This document shows, one piece after another, positions 49,926-57,974 of a DNA stretch of 64,000 nucleotides. The DNA is from a virus (lineage: Duplodnaviria > Heunggongvirae > Uroviricota > Caudoviricetes). The position numbers were made by a program, and so were the translations under genes. Numbering within the stretch: position 1 is the stretch's first letter; each line of letters starts with the position of its first letter. Location of the stretch: IMG/VR virus record IMGVR_UViG_3300035520_000451; one strand, given 5' to 3'. Under the pieces are notes generated by a model. It was given only the letters and a program-made list of their open reading frames with translations, was not told where the DNA came from and did not search any database.

Positions 49926-50447
49926 TTAGATAAAATAAATACCATCCCTATAATTAAGAATAGTTCTGATGTCTCCGGCACTAACGGGATCTCGTGATAT
50001 ACAATTTATTTCACAAGAGCCATTTACGATACAAATACATTTATAAGGATCTGCCATTGTTAAATAAACGGTTACCTTAGTACCTATCAAGTCTTTTCCC
50101 GATTTAGAAACAGGTTCATAGTTTAATTTTAAAATAAATCTATAAATGTAATATAAAATAACTACAAATATTAAACCTATTGCAATAGCTATAATATTAT
50201 TAAGTAATGTAGTAGAATTTGTTAAAATAATCCACCCAGAATAACCCATTAAGAAATGAATTAGTCCTTTAAATGAACACAAATCACTTACATTAAAATC
50301 TATATTACCATCAAGATCAATATCAAGATCAATATCTCCTAGAGCTAAGGCAGCAATAAATTGTATTATAAAAGTACAATAGGAAAATATTCCTATTATG
50401 TAATATATGTCCATATTATTTTGTGTTAAAACAATATCCAAAACCAA
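49926..50447 (-). CDS. NfeD-like membrane protein (SPFH partner)
   Basis: N-terminal TM helices plus C-terminal beta-rich soluble domain (GTKVTVYL...), encoded immediately upstream of the flotillin-like gene as in nfeD-floT operons. Confidence 0.5.
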   Translation of the reverse strand: MVLDIVLTQNNMDIYYIIGIFSYCTFIIQFIAALALGDIDLDIDLDGNIDFNVSDLCSFKGLIHFLMGYSGWIILTNSTTLLNNIIAIAIGLIFVVILYYIYRFILKLNYEPVSKSGKDLIGTKVTVYLTMADPYKCICIVNGSCEINCISRDPVSAGDIRTILNYRDGIYFI

Positions 50448-50727
50448 GTCTAGTTGTTATATTGGAACTATACTCTTTTATCTTCTTCCGCAGTCTAGAA
50501 ATTGTAGTATCTACTGTTCTTAAAGATGTGGGGCTTTTCCAAATTTCTTTAATCAAAGTTCCCCTAGAATGTACATAATTTGGATGTTCTAATAAAAAAG
50601 TTAATAATTCATATTCCTTTTTAGAGAGGGGAATTTCTTCTTCATCAATTAAACATAACTTTCTATCAGAATCTATTGTTAATGTTTTGTATTGCATGGT
50701 AATTATAAATAATATTTCTAATTCCAC
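50416..50727 (-). CDS. stand-alone OmpR/PhoB-type winged-helix DNA-binding protein
   Basis: LSKKEYELLTFLLEHPNYVHSRGTLIKEIW...LRTVDTTISRLRKKI...TRLGFGYCF matches the trans_reg_C domain pattern; no receiver domain. Confidence 0.6.
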   Translation of the reverse strand: MELEILFIITMQYKTLTIDSDRKLCLIDEEEIPLSKKEYELLTFLLEHPNYVHSRGTLIKEIWKSPTSLRTVDTTISRLRKKIKEYSSNITTRLGFGYCFNTK

Positions 50728-51011
50728 ATCTGTTCTCGTATATAATCTTTTACTTTATGATGCGAACCTTCTTTTAAAAGTTCTTTAATTACATCTTGGC
50801 CTACCATAATATTAAAATAGCATTGAATTTCAGTTGCTAAATCATAATATGTTAAATCATTATACTTCCTAAGTGGACATCTAACAAGATGTAAATTTCT
50901 TAATACTCTTTCATAAATAGTATCGACACTATCCACTGTAAACTCAAATTCTTCATATTTATATAAACTTTTATCTTTTAAATCTAAAATCCTTAAGGTC
51001 GGATAAACCAC
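50718..51011 (-). CDS. hypothetical protein
   Basis: ORF. Confidence 0.4.
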   Translation of the reverse strand: MVYPTLRILDLKDKSLYKYEEFEFTVDSVDTIYERVLRNLHLVRCPLRKYNDLTYYDLATEIQCYFNIMVGQDVIKELLKEGSHHKVKDYIREQMWN

Positions 51012-51069
51012 ACATTAAGCTGATTTTTTAAGGTGGGACGCTCTAATTTGTTTTTCAAACCCACTGTAT

Positions 51070-52665
51070 TTATATTGTTAACCTATTAAGAAGTTCTTGA
51101 TCCATAGCAGATTCAAACAATTCTAATGCGTTTTTAGGAGTACTTTTCTTCTTAGTTCCTAATATAAATGATATAATAGAAGGATCATATCCAGACAAAT
51201 GATAAAAATTGGGAGCATCTGCAAAATCTTCAAACTTAGGTTTAGAAGATGTCCAAGTTGGAATATCCCATAGTATAATTTTAAAATTATCTATATATTC
51301 TTTATCAAATCCAGCTCTTCTAAGTCTATCAATTGCCTTATTAAAATTAGAAACAGTACCACAACTATCAAATTGCCCGTCTGAAATGCAAAGAATACCT
51401 TCTGGAAAAGATGTACAACCAAGCATTTTCATGTTAATAAACAAATCAATAACACTTTGAAAATTAGTATTTCCAATGCTATAGTGCGTGTCATTTAAAT
51501 ATTTATCAACGGGAGTTAAACCTTTCCATTTGTGTAAAACACAAGTATCATTAAATTCGGCATAAGTATCTTTAAATTTACCTGTTAAAGCAGTTGAAAA
51601 ATATAATGCAAGAGCTTTAGCAATGGTAAATGCAGTTACTTTACAACCAGGAACCATACTCATCATAGAACCTGAAGTATCTCTAACAACTAATAATTTA
51701 GAAGGAGATTCTTGCAATAAATTCTTGAATTGTGCATTAATAGTGTACTTTACATATTCTGGAACTTGGGTAACATTTTCACAAGGTTTAAAGAGTTCAA
51801 ATACATATCCAGTATATTTAGCTATAGGTTGATTTTTAATCCATTCTAAGTATTTGTTAGAAAGATTTTGATTTTCTAAAAATTTAGAATTAACTAAAAG
51901 GGATAAAGCACGCCCAGAAACGGAATTAAAATCTATTTTATCAAATAATCGTTTAGATATTAATTGCTGCCATTTATGAGCAGAACCTTTACTTTTAAGT
52001 TTTCTATATTCTTTAAAAGATTCTTTAGAATTAAATAAACTTTTAGCTATCCATCTGCCTATTATAGTATCTGCTTGTGATTTTATTGTAGTTGCTTTAG
52101 AATTAGTCTTTATAGTAGGAAGATATTTTCTAACAAGATTAGTACAATTTTTATTACTTAATCCAGCTTGAATAACTCCTAGCATAAAATTCCAATCTAA
52201 AACACGATTATTCCAACCATGATATTGTAAATCTAAATTTAGCATTGTGAAAATATCTTTCCAAGAACCCGCTAATATAAATATAGAAATATTAGATTTA
52301 AAAGTATTAGGATGATTAATTGCAATCCAGATTATTCTTAGAATGCCCTCATTTTTCAATCCTTGTCCTTTTTGTACTTCTAATATTTCATCATCATTTT
52401 TAGTAGCTCTTGTAATCATTCGGATATAAACTGCTAATTTAAGACACTTTAAAGGATCTACATTCCATAAAAGTTCCATGTCATTAGCTACTTCAGAATA
52501 TGCTCTAGGATCTCTAAAAGAACCAATACTAGCAAAATTATCTATAAAAGCATTTCCAGAAGTTGAATATTTTACAGCTCCGTTTTCTGAAACTGTTTCA
52601 TATTGATTTTTTACATCAATAGACTCATCAAAGAGATTTGTTAATTTTTTGTCAAACATAATCAT
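51070..52665 (-). CDS. vWA-domain protein (MIDAS DxSGS), possible Ro60/TROVE-like architecture
   Basis: VVRDTSGSMMS (MIDAS) and ILCISDGQFD vWA motifs in the C-terminal third; about 330-aa N-terminal domain of unknown type; total 531 aa. Confidence 0.4.
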   Translation of the reverse strand: MIMFDKKLTNLFDESIDVKNQYETVSENGAVKYSTSGNAFIDNFASIGSFRDPRAYSEVANDMELLWNVDPLKCLKLAVYIRMITRATKNDDEILEVQKGQGLKNEGILRIIWIAINHPNTFKSNISIFILAGSWKDIFTMLNLDLQYHGWNNRVLDWNFMLGVIQAGLSNKNCTNLVRKYLPTIKTNSKATTIKSQADTIIGRWIAKSLFNSKESFKEYRKLKSKGSAHKWQQLISKRLFDKIDFNSVSGRALSLLVNSKFLENQNLSNKYLEWIKNQPIAKYTGYVFELFKPCENVTQVPEYVKYTINAQFKNLLQESPSKLLVVRDTSGSMMSMVPGCKVTAFTIAKALALYFSTALTGKFKDTYAEFNDTCVLHKWKGLTPVDKYLNDTHYSIGNTNFQSVIDLFINMKMLGCTSFPEGILCISDGQFDSCGTVSNFNKAIDRLRRAGFDKEYIDNFKIILWDIPTWTSSKPKFEDFADAPNFYHLSGYDPSIISFILGTKKKSTPKNALELFESAMDQELLNRLTI

Positions 52666-52814
52666 TTAATTTTTACAGCTCAAAAAAGTATTAATGACGA
52701 TTGTCACTAATACTGTAAGGAATAAAACCAGATGGCATCATAGCATAAGGTGCATTCTCGAAATACCACTTAACGAATTTTTTGAGTCTTTTCATAATCT
52801 TTAATTTTAAAATG

Positions 52815-53324
52815 TTAATTATAGATGCCATTACGCATCAATTTATATTCTCTGTTTCTTCTTAACTTATGTCCTTTTGTTGGACATCTTAAGGATTTCA
52901 CTGCTGCTAATGTAAATTCAAAATCTTGGATATTAAAAGTGCCATTAGAAACTCTACAATTTGATAATCTACGATAGAATTCTGAACTTGCTACCCCATA
53001 TTCACCGCAATTATAAATTAAACTTCCTAAACCGTCAATAAAACCTTGAGTATATTTAACTTTAGGAAGTTCTTTTAAGAGCCTACTAATAGCATTATTA
53101 ACTTCTGTAATATCTTGAACAAATAATTGCTCTGCTTTAGCTTTAGTTATTCTTTTATATGATTCACCTTTTTTATTAAGATGTCCATATCCAATTTGAT
53201 TTCTTGCATCAACAGTAAGAATTAATCCTTCATGCTCTTTGATAAATTCATGTCCTTTAACAGACACTTGTTGAGCATACCCATTTAATGTAAAAAATAC
53301 TAAAATCTGTAAAATCTTCTTCAT
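52815..53324 (-). CDS. GH24 (T4-type) lysozyme with N-terminal signal or SAR segment
   Basis: EHEGLILTVDARNQIGYGHL resembles T4 lysozyme [22 protein letters not shown]; N-terminal hydrophobic MKKILQILVFFTLNGYA. Confidence 0.65.
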   Translation of the reverse strand: MKKILQILVFFTLNGYAQQVSVKGHEFIKEHEGLILTVDARNQIGYGHLNKKGESYKRITKAKAEQLFVQDITEVNNAISRLLKELPKVKYTQGFIDGLGSLIYNCGEYGVASSEFYRRLSNCRVSNGTFNIQDFEFTLAAVKSLRCPTKGHKLRRNREYKLMRNGIYN

Positions 53325-53341
53325 AATCTAAAATATTATTG

Positions 53342-53410
53342 TTTCCTTATTGGGATTCGAACCCAAAACTCAATACTATATTGCGCTTTATCCAGTTAAG
53401 CTATAAGGAA
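53342..53410 (-). tRNA. tRNA-like gene with aberrant anticodon arm (possible pseudo-tRNA)
   Basis: Acceptor TTCCTTA/TAAGGAA, D arm GCTT-AACTGGATA-AAGC, T arm TTGGGTTCGAATCCCAA all canonical, but the 18-nt anticodon region GCAATATAGTATTGAGTT cannot form a 5-7-5 arm; 69 nt total. Confidence 0.4.
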
Positions 53411-53633
53411 TTAAGAGATCTTATTCTACATATCGGAAACCTCACCAATACAATAAAACCTCTTTTACCAATAGACATTGGTCAGTTCACTTTTAGGTTG
53501 TGCTAAACCCTAGTTTTCTTGTTGAAAATTCGAAAAGTCACTAGTTTACAGATTACTAGAAACTGAGGTTTTAAAAAGATAGCTTATTACAGCTATTAAG
53601 GCAATGCCTAAAATATTTAAGCATAACGTAAAA

Positions 53634-53825
53634 TCAATCAAAATTTCCACTTATTATTGATATTATACATTTTCCTAATATGTGATTTATAGTAGCTGCC
53701 ATTTTCATAGCATCTCCTATTTTTTCATACTGGTTAGCTCTTGTATAATCATAAGTAAAAATAATTTCTTTTCCACTTTCTATAATCACAAAAGCTTTCT
53801 GATTTGTAGTTCCTAGAATATACAT
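53634..53825 (-). CDS. hypothetical protein
   Basis: 63-aa ORF. Confidence 0.3.
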   Translation of the reverse strand: MYILGTTNQKAFVIIESGKEIIFTYDYTRANQYEKIGDAMKMAATINHILGKCIISIISGNFD

Positions 53826-54180
53826 AAAGGATTGAGTTTAATAGATATGGGAACACTTAACACTAACATATTAATAAACGTAATGTTCGTTGATGGCTAA
53901 ACATTAACATAGGCATCAAAAGGACTAACCATTTGAGTGTTTCATTACGACCTCACCTTACAAACCTTAATATTTACAAGTCAGATTTAGAAGGTGGTTA
54001 GGAACAGGACTAAATGACTTGGGCGTACTCTACCCTTTTTATTTGCCGTTTTAAAAAGCGCATTTTCAGAAATAGGCAATCTAGCATTTTCTGAAAAACT
54101 TTACTTAATACCTAAAAGTAGTGAGTAACGTTACCCATCATGGGTAACTAAAGGATTAAACTAGAATACTATCCTTTTTG

Positions 54181-54223
54181 CACTCTAAGCGAGAATCGAA
54201 CTCGCTAAATTGCCATTTAGAGT
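54181..54223 (-). ncRNA. tRNA-like minihelix 1 (acceptor stem plus T-arm, no D or anticodon arm)
   Basis: Minus-strand RNA ACTCTAA-ATGGCAATTTA-GCGAG-TTCGATT-CTCGC-TTAGAGT-G: perfect 7-bp acceptor, canonical T arm. Confidence 0.5.
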
Positions 54224-54357
54224 TGAACAGTTGAATCAACTGCTACAGAATCAACAACAACGGAATCTGTTGAATCAGTACTAGATTCTGTAGAAGAACC
54301 ATTACAGCAAGCACTCATAAGAAGCGCAACACCAAAAACTAACAATAACTTTTTCAT
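54217..54357 (-). CDS. small putative lipoprotein (46 aa, not in ORF track)
   Basis: MKKLLLVFGVALLMSAC CNGSS...: signal peptide with lipobox-like MSAC; its stop codon lies inside minihelix 1. Confidence 0.35.
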   Translation of the reverse strand: MKKLLLVFGVALLMSACCNGSSTESSTDSTDSVVVDSVAVDSTVQL

Positions 54358-54395
54358 AATTTAAAAAATTAAAATTAATATTTTTAATCTAATGT

Positions 54396-54466
54396 TGGGA
54401 TATTTGGATTCAAACCAAATCTGAAACATCCAAAATGTCTAGTGCTAATCGTTACACCATATCCCA
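54396..54466 (-). tRNA. tRNA-Gln (anticodon TTG)
   Basis: Hand-folded: acceptor TGGGATA/TATCCCA, D arm with GG loop, anticodon stem AGACA/TGTTT, loop TTTTGGA, T arm TTTGG-TTTGAAT-CCAAA. Confidence 0.7.
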
Positions 54467-54901
54467 ATTTAATATTTTTATAATAAGAGAATTTTTAGGT
54501 TTTGAATCTATCTCCTAACACCATTTTAATAACTATTCCATACTTTTTAAAATTAAAACTATTGGATCTTCACAGAGGCAATAGTAAAAAACTTAAACAC
54601 ATGAAGAGTATATTTAGGTGGCACTGCCCCACACTCACTAATTGTAATATTCCAAATTAATGCGAGTTTCTAATTACTCCTAAATACCTTTAACAGTAAA
54701 ATACAAGTTTCCTCGGAACTATTTAAAGTTTGTTTCAAACATTAAGTGTATTTTTACTGTATAGCTAAATTTGAAATTTTAATCGGGTTAACAAAATTAG
54801 CAAACAAACCCATCGCCTTTAACAGTAAGCGACCTAACTTCCATACTCTCTGGCGGATGGCGATCCCTCCAATTTTTAATAGCTGGAGAAACTATGAGGA
54901 G

Positions 54902-54946
54902 TGGGAAGAGTAAGATTCGAACTTACAAAATAACCAATATCTTCCC
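54902..54946 (-). ncRNA. tRNA-like minihelix 2
   Basis: GGGAAGA-TATTGGTTATTTT-GTAAG-TTCGAAT-CTTAC-TCTTCCC-A: perfect 7-bp acceptor directly joined to a canonical T arm. Confidence 0.5.
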
Positions 54947-55220
54947 AAACATAATTACATATTTTCACAAACCTGTAACTACGAAAATAACAAAAGTATA
55001 TATAACACTTGAAGTATAATCTTTTAAAAGAGGAAAGTAATAATACTCTCCTCTTAAATCTCTGCCTTTCTGTCTAGTACTTCGTACTATCCTAATACCT
55101 ATCATATTGCGCAATGCACCTTTAGTATTAGTAAAGGAATCCCCACGATTTAAAGCTTATTACGTAGTTTACCTTCCCTACAAGGCTGGTATGGTGCTAC
55201 TCGGCGACAAAGATTTTTTG

Positions 55221-55271
55221 TAGCAAGGTAGGAATCGAACCTACTTTTAAAATACCACCACAAATGCTAAC
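55221..55271 (-). ncRNA. T-arm-containing tRNA-like element (weaker minihelix candidate)
   Basis: GTAGG-TTCGATT-CCTAC T arm; flanks TAGCA...CTTGCTA give only a 5-bp acceptor-like pairing; linker contains TGGTGG. Confidence 0.3.
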
Positions 55272-55459
55272 ATTGCCATAATTAACATGTAAGCACTTAA
55301 TACAATTTCTTGCTTTTTCATAAATATAAAATTATTTGATGCCCTTATACCCTCGTGTAGGCTAACACCTCTAAGCAGTTACGTCTTAGAACAAGACTTT
55401 AACATCTAAAAGATGTTCTTGTAGTTACGATTTCTTCATTCGAAGAACCATCATAAGTC

Positions 55460-55503
55460 CTATTTAAAAATACGGGAATAGACTAAAAATATAATCTATT
55501 CCC
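55460..55503 (-). terminator. rho-independent terminator (minus strand)
   Basis: GGGAATAGA/TCTATTCCC 9-bp stem followed by UAUUUUUAAAUA on the minus strand. Confidence 0.55.
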
Positions 55504-55550
55504 TAATTCTATATTCTCACGAACCTAAAACTTATCTTCAAAATACAGTG

Positions 55551-55592
55551 TGGAACTAGAAGGAATCGAACCTTCATATACCATTTAGTTCC
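55551..55592 (-). ncRNA. tRNA-like minihelix 3
   Basis: GGAACTA-AATGGTATAT-GAAGG-TTCGATT-CCTTC-TAGTTCC-A: perfect 7-bp acceptor, perfect 5-bp T stem, canonical T loop; 42 nt. Confidence 0.55.
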
Positions 55593-55721
55593 TTAAAACT
55601 TCACGATATTCACATAGGGTGAAGAACTTTTAATTAAATAATTCACAAATAATGAAATAATAGAATCAGCGATATTCACATAGGGCTGACTTCAATATAA
55701 CATCATAAACAAAAACATAGT

Positions 55722-55793
55722 AGCGGAAGCTAGGATTCGAACCTGCGATCTCTTGGTTATGAGCCAAGCGAGATACCACTTCTCCATTCCGCG
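55722..55793 (-). tRNA. tRNA-Met-like (anticodon CAT) with imperfect T stem and acceptor
   Basis: D arm GAGA-AGTGGTA-TCTC, anticodon stem CTTGG/CCAAG with loop CTCATAA (CAT), T loop TTCGAAT; T stem only 3 bp and the acceptor register is ambiguous when folded by hand. Confidence 0.5.
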
Positions 55794-55862
55794 ATAAAAG
55801 TTCTAACGATATTCACATAGAGTTAGAACAGTGTTAACAATGTTTCGCCAATTTAAAAAATT

Positions 55863-55904
55863 AGGGGAGAGTGTGAGAATCGAACTCACTTTAACCTTTC
55901 TCCC
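55863..55904 (-). ncRNA. tRNA-like minihelix 4
   Basis: GGGAGA(A)-AGGTTAAA-(A)GTGAG-TTCGATT-CTCAC(T)-CTCTCCC: 6-7-bp acceptor plus canonical T arm. Confidence 0.45.
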
Positions 55905-55969
55905 TATTACTCTATATATCACATACCGAGTAATATAAAATGGATCTTTGACAAAAAACAAACAAATTA

Positions 55970-56037
55970 GAGGGGTTGTCGAGAGTCGAACTCGACTAGT
56001 AGTAGAACCGAAGAAATTAATAATACCGATAACCCCT
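55970..56037 (-). tRNA. tRNA-like gene (68 nt; arms other than acceptor and T not resolvable by eye)
   Basis: Acceptor AGGGGTT/AACCCCT and T arm TCGAG-TTCGACT-CTCGA are clear; the central 33 nt do not give obvious D and anticodon arms. Confidence 0.4.
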
Positions 56038-56040
56038 TTG

Positions 56041-56113
56041 TACAGCGTTAGAGATTTGAACTCTAGTTTCCAGAATGAAAATCTGACGTCCTAACCAACT
56101 AGACGAATGCTGC
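56041..56113 (-). tRNA. tRNA-Glu (anticodon TTC)
   Basis: Hand-folded: acceptor GCAGCAT/ACGCTGT (one mismatch), D arm GTCT-AGTTGGTTA-GGAC, anticodon stem TCAGA/TCTGG, loop TTTTCAT, T arm TAGAG-TTCAAAT-CTCTA. Confidence 0.7.
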
Positions 56114-56149
56114 AACTTACAGAATACTTTATATAGATATTTAATTTTA

Positions 56150-56178
56150 ATATTAATTGCTGTAAGTATTCTTGTAAA
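56150..56178 (-). promoter_or_regulatory. sigma-70-type promoter reading into the tRNA/minihelix cluster
   Basis: Minus strand TTTACA-17 nt-TAATAT about 35 nt upstream of tRNA-Glu. Confidence 0.5.
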
Positions 56179-56369
56179 CAGGTGGCAAAATAATCCTTAA
56201 TTTCAAGTTAAGTTTTTATAATTTGCTGTGTGCCACCTTATATTTTATTTCTCTGAGTAAGTAATGCAAAGATACCACTATTTGAGCACAATTCCAAATT
56301 TTTGATGTTAAAAATTGTAAACAAGTGGTATCTTCGCAAACCAACTAAAAACTAAAAAATGAACTCCAT

Positions 56370-56825
56370 TTATAATTTTTTGTAGAAAATCGCAACCTCA
56401 GGCTTATATATTATATAGCCTAGCTCTTTCAGAAGTTTGACTGCATTTTCTTCAGTAAGTTCATGTACAGGTTCTAGTTGAACATGAGCTTCTACAGGTT
56501 TCTCAACTTCTTTTGAGGAATGCTTTTCTCTGTAAGTCTTGCTATAATCACAGACTATCTTACGATAGTCTTTGTGAATTTTAGCCAGCACACTAATATG
56601 TATTGGCTTATCGTTCTTGAATATGTAACAGCCTCTGCTCAGCTGTTGTACAATACCGCTACGTTTCACTGCCATCCAAAAAACATCATTGTCCGGCAGA
56701 CCAATTCCTTTGAGTCCACTTATAAACAGACTTCTACTAAAAGGTCTGTTTAAACACATTAGATTTCTTTTCAGGTTGTTCAAATCAGCGATATGCTCTT
56801 CAGGTTTGAAATCTTTACTTCTCAT
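56370..56825 (-). CDS. hypothetical protein
   Basis: 151-aa ORF. Confidence 0.45.
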   Translation of the reverse strand: MRSKDFKPEEHIADLNNLKRNLMCLNRPFSRSLFISGLKGIGLPDNDVFWMAVKRSGIVQQLSRGCYIFKNDKPIHISVLAKIHKDYRKIVCDYSKTYREKHSSKEVEKPVEAHVQLEPVHELTEENAVKLLKELGYIIYKPEVAIFYKKL

Positions 56826-57036
56826 TTTCTACTGACTTTAAAGTGTTATACATATCTTCTACTAACTCACCAAGAACTCTAGTATCAGTAATCTGACGTC
56901 CGTAGTACTTAGAGAAAATCTCTGGAATTCTCGGCTCTATGTCGATAATTCCATAATTTTTATTTGCTTGGATAGTAATCTTTCCTAAGCCTATAACTTC
57001 AAACTCTTCAAAAATTGAATGCTTACCTAATTGCAT
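56815..57036 (-). CDS. hypothetical protein
   Basis: 73-aa ORF. Confidence 0.4.
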   Translation of the reverse strand: MQLGKHSIFEEFEVIGLGKITIQANKNYGIIDIEPRIPEIFSKYYGRQITDTRVLGELVEDMYNTLKSVENEK

Positions 57037-57188
57037 AGATTTTACTCCGTTAGCTAGAGATTCATTTTAATGCCAACATTATATTCAAGATCTTGCTTGC
57101 CATAGTAGATTTTTAACCGAGAGCTACTATACTTCACTCTACTCAAACCTACAAAAAGGATTATACACATTCTGTTAAAAGCCTTCAT

Positions 57189-57250
57189 ACCTCGTCAAGG
57201 TAGTGTATATTATGAAGGATTTTGAGACCTAAGTCTCGGGAATTTCAACC
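57189..57250 (-). promoter_or_regulatory. repeat element copy A (conserved flanks, variable hairpin)
   Basis: Plus-strand ACCTCGTCAAGGTA...GAAGGATTTT-hairpin(GAGACCTAAGTCTC)-GGGAATTTCAACC; upstream of 56815..57036 on the minus strand. Confidence 0.5.
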
Positions 57251-57260
57251 CTCTGAGGAT

Positions 57261-57500
57261 TTAATCCTCTGGACGACAATATGCTTCTCCTTCGATTTCC
57301 TCGAAGTCTGACATAATATCGTCTATTTGAACCGTAGTCCAAGCACCTTTAAAAGGTATATCATCAATATCAATACTACCACGATTATACTCAGGTAGTT
57401 CAATATCGACTTTATACTTTCTTGTGTGACGAAATGGTTCCCAATGCCCCATTACACCTAATTCGGTATAACCATCGAGCTTAATTGTCTTCTGTATCAT
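57261..57500 (-). CDS. hypothetical protein
   Basis: 79-aa ORF. Confidence 0.4.
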   Translation of the reverse strand: MIQKTIKLDGYTELGVMGHWEPFRHTRKYKVDIELPEYNRGSIDIDDIPFKGAWTTVQIDDIMSDFEEIEGEAYCRPED

Positions 57501-57808
57501 GCCTCTTTAACTATATAAATTCCTTCGTCTATGAATATATGATAAATCGCTTTAACAATTTGAAGATTGTCTGCAATATCATCTTCAAACCAATGATAAG
57601 CTCCTAAATCCCTAACAAATACATGTTGGTACAACTGACCAACAACACCTGCCCAATTAAAGGGCATGTTATATTGTGATAGATTTTCAGCAGCAAGCAT
57701 AATACAATCTACCATGTAACCTGCATTATCATATCCATGCTCTTCGAGAATGTTAATTAGTTCTGGAGCAGTAAAAGAATGTTTCTTATTTTTGAATCTT
57801 ATTTTCAT
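57497..57808 (-). CDS. hypothetical protein, WAGVVGQLY family paralog 1
   Basis: Shares NWAGVVGQLY and LQIVKAIYHIFIDE blocks with 57975..58277 and 59692..60195. Confidence 0.5.
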   Translation of the reverse strand: MKIRFKNKKHSFTAPELINILEEHGYDNAGYMVDCIMLAAENLSQYNMPFNWAGVVGQLYQHVFVRDLGAYHWFEDDIADNLQIVKAIYHIFIDEGIYIVKEA

Positions 57809-57974
57809 TGCTTTCTTCTTTTAAAACCCCCCAATAGACAAATTGTCTAAAGGAGGGAAACACATGAAACTTACTCACTGTAATAAACTGCAAGAGCTTC
57901 CTCTTGAGTTAATGTAGGATGGGCTTCTCTATCTAAAGAGTAAACCTCTGCTGGTACTTTAATATCTTCTTTCT

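Noticed and set aside
54181-54260. Full-length tRNA around the T-arm GCGAGTTCGATTCTCGC
   Set aside because: The only complementary acceptor strand lies 11 nt upstream of the T arm, leaving no room for D and anticodon arms. Reported instead as a minihelix.
57189-57250. Canonical sigma-70 promoter inside the repeat elements (TTGACG ... TATAAT)
   Set aside because: Spacing between the TTGACG and the downstream TATAAT-like hexamer is 27-33 nt in all three copies, incompatible with a 17 +/- 1 nt spacer. Kept as a regulatory element of unknown type.
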